A stretch of DNA of 64,000 bases from Phoronis australis (taxonomy: Eukaryota > Animalia > Phoronida). A program made the translations under genes and the position numbers. The DNA lies in NCBI GenBank assembly GCA_002633005.1, contig NMRA01000346.1, forward strand, positions 1-64,000. The letters are read 5' to 3'. Below, piece by piece: positions 38,301-49,000 of the stretch. The number at the start of each line of letters is the position of its first letter. Position 1 is the first letter of the stretch. The notes under the pieces were generated by a model that did not search any database, had not been told where the DNA came from, and saw only the letters and a list, made by a program, of their open reading frames with translations.

Positions 38301-41300
38301 GCCAGGAACCTTGGGCCTAACAGCGCATCCTATCAAAAGCGCTGCCATTGAAGTTGTTTGGTAGATGAGATTGGGATGTCGAATAGTGGAATAGAATTAA
38401 CTATTTCTGTTCCAATAAGTGAAGATTTCTAACCATCAAGACTGTTTTGTATCTACGGAAAGCAGCATCGCTTCCATCATTAATTATGAATCCTCGTAAC
38501 AGATTACGGGCACGTATCGTTTTTCATCGAAATCCCATCAGTTATCCGGAGCAACCGCCCAAAACCCATTTTGCCAGACAATTATGGTCGATGAGCTACA
38601 GTGGTAAACTGCACCATGAGAGATTGTCTCATAATTATCACTGAAGACTGCATTGTTAGCGAAAAGCTGAGTTTGTTCCGGCATAAAAAGTGACTTGTCA
38701 TTGGTAGGCCCTATTCCATATATAAATTATTAGAGTAATGACAACTTCAGAGCGAGCTGTTTCAGATTAACTTTTTTTCTCAGTTACACAGAATAGTATT
38801 CCGAAGAGAAGATTGCTCCCAAGTCATCACTGCGTCCGGACTACGCGTGGAATCAAGGACGAGGCGATTGACAGTTGACATGCGCGCGGAACACCGGGAG
38901 TTGCACTATAGACGCGACGTCCAGAATAAAGTTTACAAGAGGGAGATTCTAGAAGTACGTACCGTAAACTGACTACTGCTTTGACTAAGAAACATAGAGA
39001 ATTCAATTACTAAGAAAGAGTAACACAGTTTCATTCAGATCTTTAACCAGTTCTAATACCACCCTTACCGACTGTAGTTTTACTAACAACCAATAAAATG
39101 ACTAGCTACTTGTGCTCTTCCATGGTGTACTTCTTCTTTTGACGACCTGTTTTGTATTGTAATCAAACGCAAACTCGACATAAAACATGCCTAAGGGAAT
39201 TTGGAAGCAAATTCACTAGTCTCTGTAAGTTCGGTCTGTAGTTTGATACCTAACCTTGTCTTGACTACATGTATGTGTACCAACCTCTTAATTGTATTTT
39301 CTACGACATCCAGATCCAGTCATTCACGATAAAAATATCCGAAAACAATATAATCGTCAGCGATTACTACTGTGTTGTTCAACCGCCCTTGTTTCTCATT
39401 TGGGCCTAAGCACCAATCTTTACAAGAGAATTGACCAATCACATAATGCGATTCAAAAAAAATCTTCGAACCTTGGCACGCGATTTGTCACTTTTTTGCC
39501 CTGATGGTAAGAAACATAAAAAATCCAAATGAATGCAGAAGTTGATGCAAATAGACTAAACAATGAGTTGTATAATTTTATTAATTTTGCTGTGAATGAT
39601 GAACACTTGGAGTAAATAATCAGCATCTGTCATCATCATCATCATCATCATCGTCGTCGTCATCATCATCATCATCATCATCATCAAATTAAAACTGGTT
39701 TCGTAATCTTAATGCGAGATCATGTCCTTCATGGCATCATCAGGGATTTTGTACGCACACTGGCTCTAACTGCAGGACAATGTTTGTAGAGTTATTGGTT
39801 TTGCAGCTGGAGAAAGAAGAGTACCAGTTGGAGAGAATGTTGGAATTAAGTGTATATACGGGCGAGTTCAGAGATGTCATGCAGGCGTATTTCGATAAGG
39901 AATGTAGAAACGACAAAAGAAGTAAACTCAACAGTCGAAAAATCAGTTTTGAAAGCTCTGCCTCAATAACGTAAGTTTACAAATACTTTGATTGTTTTGG
40001 ATACCACGTCGTTTGGCATGTATTATTCTCGGTATCGTTTTGAGTTTTGTGCAGCACGTTGAAAATGCGGCTGGTGGTTTTTCTAGATGCGAACATTTCA
40101 ATAACAAGGCATTTCAGTGAATTCTTCGTGTAGTGTATGCCAAAAAAATAGTGAAACAGCACAAAGTTTGCCCTAAAGATGGCACCACTACTAACTGGCA
40201 AACTCCATCCGCGGAGTAATGCAGTTACAATTGACTTTCTTTCCATCATCTAGACCAAATAAACAGATCTTCTTAAAGGAAAATTCTGGGATTTTTGGAC
40301 GTTTGGGTAAATAATAGGATCTAAAATGTTTTAGATAACAGTAACTGAGTACCATTTTTGTTAAAAAATGTATATCGAAATCTAAGCTTCCCAAACCAGA
40401 AGTCGACGTCGCTTCAATTCACCGTCATTTTATCCTGCCATTACTATTGCACACGTTATTCGTCAGATCTTGGCTCTGATAGTGTTAGTGGTGACATTTG
40501 ATGGAAGCTTTATCTGAAATTCGCCCAAAAATTAGAACTCTTCTTTAACACTGAGAACATGCACCGACTCCATGCGACGTGGGACAAATGAAAGCTGCAA
40601 CGTGTGTACCTGCTCGATTGACAGTCGATTGTACAAATTCTGCATTCACGAACTGGGGTGCGTTTCGCAGGCGCAAGACTCAAACCCAAAACCAATTCTA
40701 ATAACTTTTATATCAGCAGTGTGTGGTTTTATCTAGTGAGAACCACGGTATTCGTCGAGCTGTACAACTGTATTGTCCTTTTTAACAAGTTAAATCAGTG
40801 GGTCAACCATTTATTTTTCGCTCTTGACTGGAAATTTGAGATCATGGACATAATTCATGCATGGGCGCGTTCAGTAGGAAATTAGTGCCGAGTTCTGGAT
40901 TCGATGTATATGTTAGGAGTTGTGGATTGAGGTGCGTCCGGTGGTCCGGCTATCAGATCGACAGTTCAAAACCCCCTGGACAGATCTTGATGACAATTTG
41001 GATATGAAGTTGGCCAGAGCATAGATGTATCACTTTTCAGTCTGCCCCGACACCCAAAGCAAGACGGGCGGGGATTTTCAGTGTTTTCGGGAGAGCGTTT
41101 CGGGATGATATCTAAAGAACCAATGAATTGATTTCAATGAAACTTGACTCAGGGAATGTGCCGACAATGTGCCTGCACCATAACCGGTTTGCGGGCGGCT
41201 TCGACCACGGTAGTATTCCTTATTGGCCGTTTTAACCTCGATAAGGTTTTTCAGTACTTTTTGTGAGATCTTCCGGATCTTGAAAATGAATTGACAAATT

Positions 41301-43862
41301 TTATTGAAACTGCACACGGGTATGTGACGACAACGCGCCGGCACCTGTCTATTTTGGGGCAGCCCCTAGTGGCCATTTTGGTCTAAACAAGGGATGTTTC
41401 AATACATTTGGTAGGAAGAGCATTTCCGGGTGATATTCAGGAAAGCAATTGTCTGATTTCAATTAAAATTGACGCATATCTATGTGATGGCAGTACGCCG
41501 GCATGCCATTATCCAATCTGCCCCCCTCCCAAGTGCTTGTGGGCGGAGCCGCATTCAGCGATTTTGGGAAAGAGTGCTTCCAGTTCGTTTCTAGAGAACG
41601 TATATATAGAACTCAATTAACATGACTGTCAGAAATTGACTGTGGGTTTGTTTAAAAGATAGCTATGCTTTAAGATTGTGCGTAGATGGACAGAGAATGA
41701 TTAAATCCAAGTAATTAATTTATCATATGATAACCACCAATTAGACAATTGAAACCTGTTGTTAATTAAGTAATCATCTACAAAGAAGACTAACTACGTT
41801 AGCGCCCTCTTTAAAGATTTCTTCAATCAATCAACTAAAATAATCAAATGTGTTATCTGTTATCCAAGCTGTTGGACTCTCCACCTGTTGGATGACAGTG
41901 CACTTGCTGGTCACAGTCTCTGGTGGCGCAACATTTGCATGCAATATCTTCTACCCACGATTCCTCTTGCTGGTCTCTGTCTCTCGTGACGCAACACGTA
42001 TAGGCAATATCTTACTACCCACGATGCAAGTGACAAGCTCTTAGTTAACTTCCTGTTCCTTAACCATTGCCTTACCGAGATCCGGCCTCTTTAGAATCTT
42101 CCACTCGAGATGGCCCTGTTGTACAATTTCCTCTGTACACTGTAACAAGTCCAATAGCATTTCTGAATTCCTTGTCAAATGCTGATCATGTTCCGTTTTT
42201 GAATGACCAAAATCGCCCAACTATAACGGCATTTAAGACAATCTATTCTGTCCAAACGGATTACCAACGCACTGGGTTTGACTGTGTTCTGAATACGCGT
42301 TTGGTAACAGCGTGCAACCACCATACGTTTCCTTTGAAGCCTGGGAGATAATTGGCCTGCTTGTTATCATACGGAACAAAGCCGCTGAGCTGGGCAGTTA
42401 ACAAAAGAGCCAGATGTTATCGCACGTTCAGCACCCCTCACGTCTGGAAAAGTTACTGAACGACAGAACGCTGTAATGCTGTGTCGTACTCTGTCACCGA
42501 CAACATCAAAATAGAATTTTTCATAATGGCGACCTTAACTTGCATATTTAAAAAAATGCTCAAGAATTGCGAACTGTCACCCACCTAAATCATAGTAACT
42601 TAACCCTAGGCTACATGAAGTAGCAAAGAAAAATCTTAATTCCAGCAAATCCAGGTTCAGTCCCCTGGCTCCCGTCATTTTCCGTACGACGTGATAATGT
42701 ACATAATTATAAATTTTGCTTGAGTGATATTTTGGCCGCCAATGAATTGGACCTCCGTCCTTTCTAATGGAATTTTAAGGAACTGGAATTGTTTTTCGAT
42801 AGCCTAAAACCGTACAGGCGTATACATTGCAAGTTAAATTCTTTCCTCCATTGTCGGTGGCTATTCACCACTAACTTAACTGCACGCCCACGGTATCCAA
42901 ACGATCAATGGCGAAAGAATTTTTAAACATACTACACCTCATTTGTTGAACTACGTTATGTTTGTTTGTTTGTTTATTTGTGTGTGTGTGTGACTACAGT
43001 GAGCCTCACCTAGCCGTCGGTATACGTTGTTTGTGTGTGTGTGCGTGTGCGTGTGTGTGAGTGCGTGTCTTCAGTGAGCTTCAACTAGCCGTATAGCTTA
43101 TCATATCCATATCCACAACTTATTTACAGATATAGCGTGGCCGACCTTACTGAGGGAACGATAGCTACGACATTCGATGAAGATTCAGGATTTAACTCGG
43201 AGAAATCTGGTCAAACGTTACTAACTGTTGGAACTTATAGGTTGTCCAGGTCCGTGAGTAGAATATTTCACGCTTCAATGGAACACAAGTCTTCTATCCC
43301 ATCGTGTCATTCCGTGCCTGATGACCTAAGCGACGAAAGTACACACGTTGGCGGGATAGCGAAGACTGGAACAGACAGACACGAATTACGGGTTGAACTT
43401 GGAGAAAAGTACATGAAACATCCTTCGGATAAACGTCTGTCTAACCCAAATAAAAACACAAGAGGCACTCCACTAACTACTACCGACAGGCACCGATCAA
43501 CTACTACCGTTGCGCCGGAAACATTTAACATAAAACGGACAGTTGGCGAGAGCCACGGATCAACTACTACCGTTGGGCCGGAAACATTTAACATAAAACA
43601 GACTGTTAACGAGAGCCACGGATCAACTACTACCGCTGGACCGGAAACATTTAACATAAAACAGACTGTTAGCGAGAGCCACGGATCAACTACTACCGGT
43701 GGGCCGGAAACATTTAACATAGAACAGAGAGTTACAGCAGACTCTTCTTCACCAGACAAAAGAAATATCAAACGTAAAGTTCGTCTAAAAGAACTGACAG
43801 ATGAACTGGGCAGAATAAGCCAGCGAATTAAAGTAATTGAAAATGACCATGGTCAACCGTGA
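23245..43862 (+). CDS. GABA-B-R3: Metabotropic GABA-B receptor subunit, GABA-B-R3-like (class C GPCR); 15 coding exons, 5'-incomplete, about 1005 aa
   Basis: All junctions GT-AG and phase-consistent (3018 nt including stop). Venus-flytrap, 7TM (YIKLSSPKLNN, YKGLLLIFGTYMAW, ALNDSKYI, LFVPK) and tail motif GLRVESRTRR...VQNKVYKREI as recalled for Drosophila R3. Confidence 0.85.
23850..24032 (+). CDS. GABA-B-R3-like exon (VSHGATSPALS...DSSHNEARRAFI...NFVL)
   Basis: accag| ... |gtaag; phase 0-0; not in the ORF track. Confidence 0.9.
24416..24589 (+). CDS. GABA-B-R3-like exon (AMNDMY...DARIIIGSF...FCQ)
   Basis: ttcag| ... |gtatg. Confidence 0.9.
26148..26336 (+). CDS. GABA-B-R3-like exon (AYHMRLTG...WILAG...SGL)
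   Basis: tgcag| ... |gtaaa. Confidence 0.9.
27400..27657 (+). CDS. GABA-B-R3-like exon (TNPEFW...TYDTMWTLA...IGMS)
   Basis: ttcag| ... |gtaag. Confidence 0.9.
28084..28234 (+). CDS. GABA-B-R3-like exon (GPISFRGTDR...CVNCVNIVWK)
   Basis: tttag| ... AAAG|gtacg; ends in phase 1; its donor is the first unit of a tandem repeat. Confidence 0.85.
28204..28574 (+). repeat. 38-bp minisatellite x10 containing the exon end and splice donor
   Basis: Unit TGTGTCAACTGTGTCAATATTGTATGGAAAG|GTACGAT; the fourth unit is 29 bp. Confidence 0.95.
30310..30460 (+). CDS. GABA-B-R3-like exon with TM1 (SKLPVD...GFLAFNIHHRRLK)
   Basis: tacag| ... |gtatg; phase 1-2. Confidence 0.9.
31614..32533. mobile_element. GC-run MITE spanning N-gap 31650-32060
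   Basis: CATAGGCGGATTTAGG ... CCTAGATCCGCCACTG inverted ends; TAATA on both flanks; a related end fragment CAGTGGCGGATCCAG lies at about 22452. Confidence 0.6.
32218..32295 (+). pseudogene. Degenerate tRNA-like / SINE-head sequence inside the MITE
   Basis: A-box-like TGGTGTAGTGG and B-box-like GAGTTCAAGTC at tRNA spacing, followed by a T-run; poor acceptor stem. Confidence 0.5.
32803..32935 (+). CDS. GABA-B-R3-like exon with TM2 (YIKLSSPKLNN...YVCS)
   Basis: tccag| ... |gtaag; phase 2-0. Confidence 0.9.
32923..33059 (+). repeat. 45-47-bp tandem x3 containing the exon end and splice donor
   Basis: TGCTCG|GTAAGAGAAT.CCCAATGTTTCT.TTGTTACG repeated; GT at 32936, 32983 and 33028. Confidence 0.9.
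35090..35206 (+). CDS. GABA-B-R3-like exon with TM3 (MRAFLFASGFTLSFGSMFVKTFRVH...)
   Basis: ttcag| ... |gttgg; phase 0-0. Confidence 0.88.
36355..36497. repeat. 14-bp minisatellite (GGGTCGATATTAAT), about 10 copies
   Basis: Direct tandem units. Confidence 0.9.
37021..37143 (+). CDS. GABA-B-R3-like exon with TM4 (MLKDRRLL...WILADPM...RQ)
   Basis: tttag| ... |gtgag. Confidence 0.9.
37205..37322. repeat. 19-bp minisatellite (TATGTGGGCCTATATTCTA) x6
   Basis: Direct tandem units. Confidence 0.9.
37473..37653 (+). CDS. GABA-B-R3-like exon with TM5 (DSQDTD...YKGLLLIFG...ALNDSKYI)
   Basis: tttag| ... |gtaca; phase 0-1. Confidence 0.92.
38034..38185 (+). CDS. GABA-B-R3-like exon with TM6-TM7 (LNVYNVV...LFVPK)
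   Basis: tttag| ... |gtaca; phase 1-0. Confidence 0.92.
38784..38954 (+). CDS. GABA-B-R3-like exon, proximal tail (LHRIV...VQNKVYKREILE)
   Basis: ctcag| ... |gtacg; R3-type tail motif. Confidence 0.88.
39628..39686. repeat. (CAT)n/(CGT)n microsatellite
   Basis: Directly visible. Confidence 0.95.
39807..39970 (+). CDS. GABA-B-R3-like exon, coiled coil (LEKEEYQLERMLE...)
   Basis: tgcag| ... |gtaag; phase 0-2. Confidence 0.8.
41030..41800. mobile_element. Probable Helentron-associated (HINE/DINE-like) non-autonomous repeat
   Basis: Recurring TTGATTTCAATGAAACTTG-type cores at about 41130, 41295 and 41455 with GATATCT motifs; termini not resolved. Confidence 0.4.
41849..42505. mobile_element. 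Solo LTR (657 bp)
   Basis: TG...CA termini, imperfect terminal IR (TGTTATCTGTTA vs rc TGTTGTCGGTGA), identical 5-bp flanks TCAAA (41844-41848, 42506-42510). Confidence 0.7.
43130..43862 (+). CDS. GABA-B-R3-like terminal exon (Ser/Thr-rich tail, 21-aa repeat, terminal coiled coil)
   Basis: tacag| in phase 2 joins the previous exon in frame with ORF 43137-43862; AATAAA at 43928-43933. Confidence 0.78.
43495..43727 (+). repeat. 63-bp coding tandem repeat, about 3.7 copies (STTTVGPETFNIKQTVNESHG)
   Basis: GATCAACTACTACC at 43495, 43558, 43621 and 43684. Confidence 0.92.
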
Positions 43863-43918
43863 TGTTGTATTATGTCAACAAGTAGCATTACATAAACTGG
43901 TTGTTTTAGACATCATTT

Positions 43919-43933
43919 TTTATTATTAATAAA
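43919..43933. promoter_or_regulatory. Back-to-back poly(A) signals between the convergent genes
   Basis: TTTATT at 43919-43924 (AATAAA on -) and AATAAA at 43928-43933 (+); another TTTATT at 44059-44064. Confidence 0.45.
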
Positions 43934-44730
43934 ATCACAGTATCACCAACCATAGCATTTTTATAATTTCATTATGAAATAATTAAAAGAAAAATGTCTG
44001 CAGTAATGGGTTAAACCCATGATAACAAATACGAGGATCACGGTTGGAGTCAAAACAGTTTATTTATAAAGCATTGTTAATAATATATGTAAATATAAGG
44101 AAAACCTTGAAAAAATTAATGTGTTAACAGATTCACCTACACAACTAATTGTTGAATCCGTACTCTAAAGTTAACAAGTCAAACCACAGAGCTACTGCAC
44201 AACAGACACTTCTACTCCGTTGCTCCATAGAGTGACCATCACTAAATATTTATGGTGAAATGGCTCTACCACCATAGACACTAAAATCTTGAACTAACAA
44301 GTGGTTTCTTCTTGAACACTTTTTGCAAATAGTTGATTTTCGAAATAGCTGTGCCATATTATCCATGCCCCCAGACGGTGAAGTTCAGATCTTTGGTGGC
44401 GACAGGTTTTTAACCTACTGGTGTAAAGAGTGCTTTAACGAATTTCCTGTTACCACAATTTTCACTGATGTGGATGGGGTGTACTAATGGCTTACAGAAA
44501 AAGGCAAACGTAATTAAATATCCATGTCATATACATTTCCCACTGCAAAGAAGAATTCCCAGTGACAAACTCAGCACCCACAACTGATAAAGAATTTGAT
44601 TCCAGAGGAAGTAAAAAAAACTACTGAACTTGACCTAATCAAAGAATGAGAATAACCATGCGGGCAATAAGCCTAAAAGATACGGGGCTCAAATTTTTGG
44701 GAATGTGGACCTTTTACTAAAAAATGGGGT

Positions 44731-45136
44731 ACATTCAGAGCTATGAACTGTGCATTCAGAGCTATGAATTGCGCATTCAGAGCTATGAACTGCGCATTCA
44801 GAGCTATGAACAGTGCATTCAAAGCTATGAACTGTGCATTCAGAGTTATGAACAGTGCATTCAGAGCTATGAACTGTGCATTCAGAGCTATGAACTGTGC
44901 ATTCAGAGCTATGAACTGTGCATTCGGAGCTATGAACTGTGCATTCGGAGCAATGAACTGTGCATTCGGAGCTATGAACTGTGCATTCAGAGCTATGAAC
45001 TGTGCATTCAGAGCTATGAACAGTGCATTCAGAGCTATGAACTGTGCATTCGGAGCTATGAACTGTGCATTCGGAGCAATGAACTGTGCATTCAGAGCTA
45101 TGAACTGTGCATTCAGAGCTATGAATTGTGCATTCG
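44731..45136. repeat. 21-bp quasi-palindromic minisatellite (CATTCAGAGCTATGAACTGTG), about 19 copies
   Basis: Direct tandem units; 7-aa periodic ORFs. Confidence 0.95.
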
Positions 45137-45864
45137 CTTAATTTTGGTAGTTCCTGCCTTTGTAGTGGACTTTGTCTCGTTTTCTGCTTTTTCAGACTTT
45201 TTGTTTCTCTGAGGCGGACCTTTTTGCCCACTTTGCCAAATGGGTGCACACATAATAACCCGGAAGGATTGATGCAGTGTGGCCTAATGGGAAAAGTAGT
45301 CACTTCCTTTACCCAAGGTCATGTGTTCAAGTCCAAGTGGGGGACACTTTTAGACCCTTGAATCAAGCTCAGCTCCATTTAAACTTATTAATAGAGCATA
45401 AAAATGGTTCCGGTTGATCAGTGCAATGGGACCGCGCATGTCTGGTACAGGTTGTACCAGACCGCCTACAATTATTTTTTATATAATCAAAGAATGGGTG
45501 GGGCTGACAGTGGGATTTTTCCCTCAAAGAACCACTATGTTGTCACTGATTTTTTCTCCCCCGAATCTGAGTAGGGGTCAAGCGGAAGTCATTTTGTCTT
45601 CTCATGACTCTAGACAGCCCCAATATGAAAAGTCCACCATTGCTTAAGACATATTCATATAACTGACAATGTGTAAGATTGTAACAGTAGTTTTGATTGA
45701 AACTACAACATCTAGTAAAAATGAACAAAATGACATCCATAGTCTTTGGTGCATGGCCCTAAAACCTTAGGAGGTGTGCAGACAATGAGTGCCTGAGTGC
45801 ATAACATTACAGACAACTGTGCTCCACTACCTACACCGATCACAAGGTGAATAACGAGATCGGA

Positions 45865-46080
45865 TCACATAACCCTTCCCATCATGAACTCAAATGAATC
45901 GCGTCGTCTCAGAACACGTGGAACTTTGAACTGATTGGCGGAAGCATTTGTGGTCTGAATCATGAAGTCCCGTAGATGCACAAACGAGTCTCTCTTCACT
46001 GTGTACACAACAGGTGGAGCTATACTCTGTTTACTTCGGAATGAATCATACACAAAGGATTTCCTCAGATTACTGTCCAC
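45865..46080 (-). CDS. GHDC: GHDC last exon (VDSNLRKS...QFKVPRVL...)
   Basis: tgtag| acceptor at 46081-46082; TGA stop. Confidence 0.9.
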   Translation of the reverse strand: MDSNLRKSFVYDSFRSKQSIAPPVVYTVKRDSFVHLRDFMIQTTNASANQFKVPRVLRRRDSFEFMMGRVM

Positions 46081-49000
46081 CTACAAAGAGAATTGGAGAA
46101 AAACCGTTGCAAAACACAACACATAATTCTAACATATCCATAAAGGAAATTAGCTAATACCTCATCACGACAAATCTGGGAATTCCATTTACAATAGAGA
46201 AGCATATGTGGTAAGAAGCCTTCCAACGTGAATAGTGAATTTTACTGCATACATCAACACTCCAACCTCACTCACCAAGTCTCTAAACCGTTTATCTCAT
46301 CTTACATACAGTAAATATTCACATGCCTTCCTACAGACCTAACATACAGTAAATATTCACATGCCCGCCCACAAGTCCAAAACATTATATGCTGACTGTG
46401 GTCGCCATTTTGGTTGGGTATACTTAGAGTAAGGATCTGTACAGTCTCGCGACAAAAACATTTCACTAGCATGCTTAGAGCAATAGAGCAAAAATTTTGA
46501 TTGCACCTGCTGTGACACTTTACTGATTGCACCTGCTGTGACAGTTTACTGATTGCACCTGGTGAGACGGTTTATTGATTGCACCTGTTGTGACAGTTTA
46601 CTGATTGCACCTGCTGTGACAGTTTACTGATTGCACCTGGTGTGACAGTTTACTGATTGCACCTGCTGTGACAGTTTACTGATTGCACCTCCTATGACAG
46701 TTTATTGATTGCAAATGCTGTGACAGTTTACTGATTGCATCTGCTGTGACAGTTTATTGGTTGCACCTGGTGTGACAGTTTACTGATTGCACCTGGTGAC
46801 AGTTTATTGGTTGCACCTGGTGGGACAGTTTATTGATTGCACCTGCTGTGACAGTTTACTGATTGCACCTGTTGTGACAGTTTACTGATTGCACCTGGTG
46901 TGACAGTTTACTGATTGCACCTGCTGTGACAGTTTATTGATTGCACCTGCTGTGACAGTTTATTGATTGCACCTGTTGTGACAATATATTTAGGGAACTT
47001 GCACATTCTACCAATCATACATTTAAAATACAAACACAAAATAATTTCAAAACACATTTGATAGAAAAGGTATTCACAATATCAAAACATCCACGTTTAT
47101 GAAACGGGGTCACCCTAATTTATAACCATTTCTTTGGGAAGTAACCAACTTATAAGTTATTGTGAAGTAAGTCTTACTAAATGACGCATGCCTGTGTGTT
47201 CACATGGAGTTGATCAGCATGATTTATGAACCAAAATTTTTTTCTTTATAATATGAATAGTGAGGGCAGTGAAATTGCTTTGCATTCTAACTTTCACACA
47301 GGACAAGGCAGATTGTGGTTATTTGATAGGGTAAACAATAAAGGTTAGTTAAGGAGACGTTCCACATGATAATAATAATTAAATTTAATCACAAAGTGAC
47401 ATAGATGACTCTTGTAGCCCCAGCTGTCACATTCCTCAGTCACAAAAAACACCAGACTGTCTGCCCTTAAAATGAGGTTATTGAACTATTAGAGTTAAAT
47501 AAGGATTTCTTACCAGCTGTTTCTGTTCATCAGTTAAAAGCACACATTTCCCGTTTTCGTCTACAACCTCCACAAAAACAATGTAATGGGGCATAGACTG
47601 GTGACCTGTGGAGAACATTCAAATTTTAACACTAGGCAATAGTCACTTACAAAGGTCCCGGATTCTGAGGACCAGTTTGATGCTTGTTTATCAGTGGACA
47701 AAACTGGTTCTAAAAATACGGGACCCATGTAAGTGACCAAATATATTGATAACAGACAAGTATCAGAGATCCTCAGATCTAAGACAATCCTAAACAAATG
47801 TGGCTGAAGAATTACAAGTATAACAAATAGTGAACACACAAGCTCTATTGTCCCCAATAAAGGTGAAGGCAACCTTTTTTCATGTCAGTTTTAGCAAAAA
47901 TAAGGTTCGTTGATTATCCCAGACATCTTTATCACTTCATTACAGCTTTTTGTAATTTAAAAATTCAATTACTCGTCTGCTACCGACTGTGAGAGCTACC
48001 AAGTCAGTTATCGCTCTACCTCGGTTGTGATATGTTCTGTCGTCGTTGGCTTTTGTTTACGAGTCAGTCAACATGACACTCTGTAGGTGCGTGCCGGGAT
48101 GGACAGAGGAACAACTGTCCCACTTGCCCGAGTGTCCCGCGACACACTCCCATTGGATGGCTACATGAGCACACAAACTGCTTACATCCCGCCGTGTGAC
48201 TCCCTCACCAGACCTGCCACTTTCTAAATAGCTCCAATACTTAAGACAAATCCATAACAAACTTATCAATGTTTGGCTCACCGATCTGCTCATTGGACGA
48301 CAAACTGTCCTCTTCATTTGGTGTCTAACTGGGCCTGAATTCACTCCCACAACTCAACAGGCTCTGGGCGATAATGAGTACATCCCCGTAAGCAGCAACA
48401 GCGTGGCATGTTGACTGACTCGTAAACAAGAGCAAACGACGACCGAACTTACCACAACCGAGGTAGAACACTGACTGACTCCACAGCTCTTAACAGTCGG
48501 ACTATATGAAAAGAAATAAGCGCGAAATTCTTGCCTCCCAAAACGTTACTTCCGGAGTAGAGGACGAATTATTAATTAAATTGCGAAAAGCTGTTATTAA
48601 GTGAAAAATATGTCTGGGATAATCTTATTTTTGCTAAAAATGACATGAAAAAAGATTGCCCTCCCCTTTAAAGCTGCATTTTGCCCGTTTAGCTGGCAAT
48701 GGCATTTTCTTAATTAAAATTCTTTGGGGTTTAAAAACATTACTCATCTTCAATTATTGTTGAATGTGCTCGCAACTCAAGTCACAGGCAGTGCATACAT
48801 GTGTAATTTTCAAATCCACAATTTTAGGATTGGCTAACCCCAAGAAACTCTGAATCATTTTCTAGAGTCGCTGATTGTTTCAATGATCTTGTTGGTAACG
48901 GATGTAGAATCTTATCAACACAAGGAATATTAGAAGACCAACTTCATGAGAGTAAAAGTCCTAAGTGTTTATTACCGTAGCCAGCTAATCAGGAGGAAAT

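Noticed and set aside
46498-46983. CRISPR-like appearance of the 26-64-bp arrays
   Set aside because: Head-to-tail units with no unique spacers, no cas genes, and a eukaryotic intron context.
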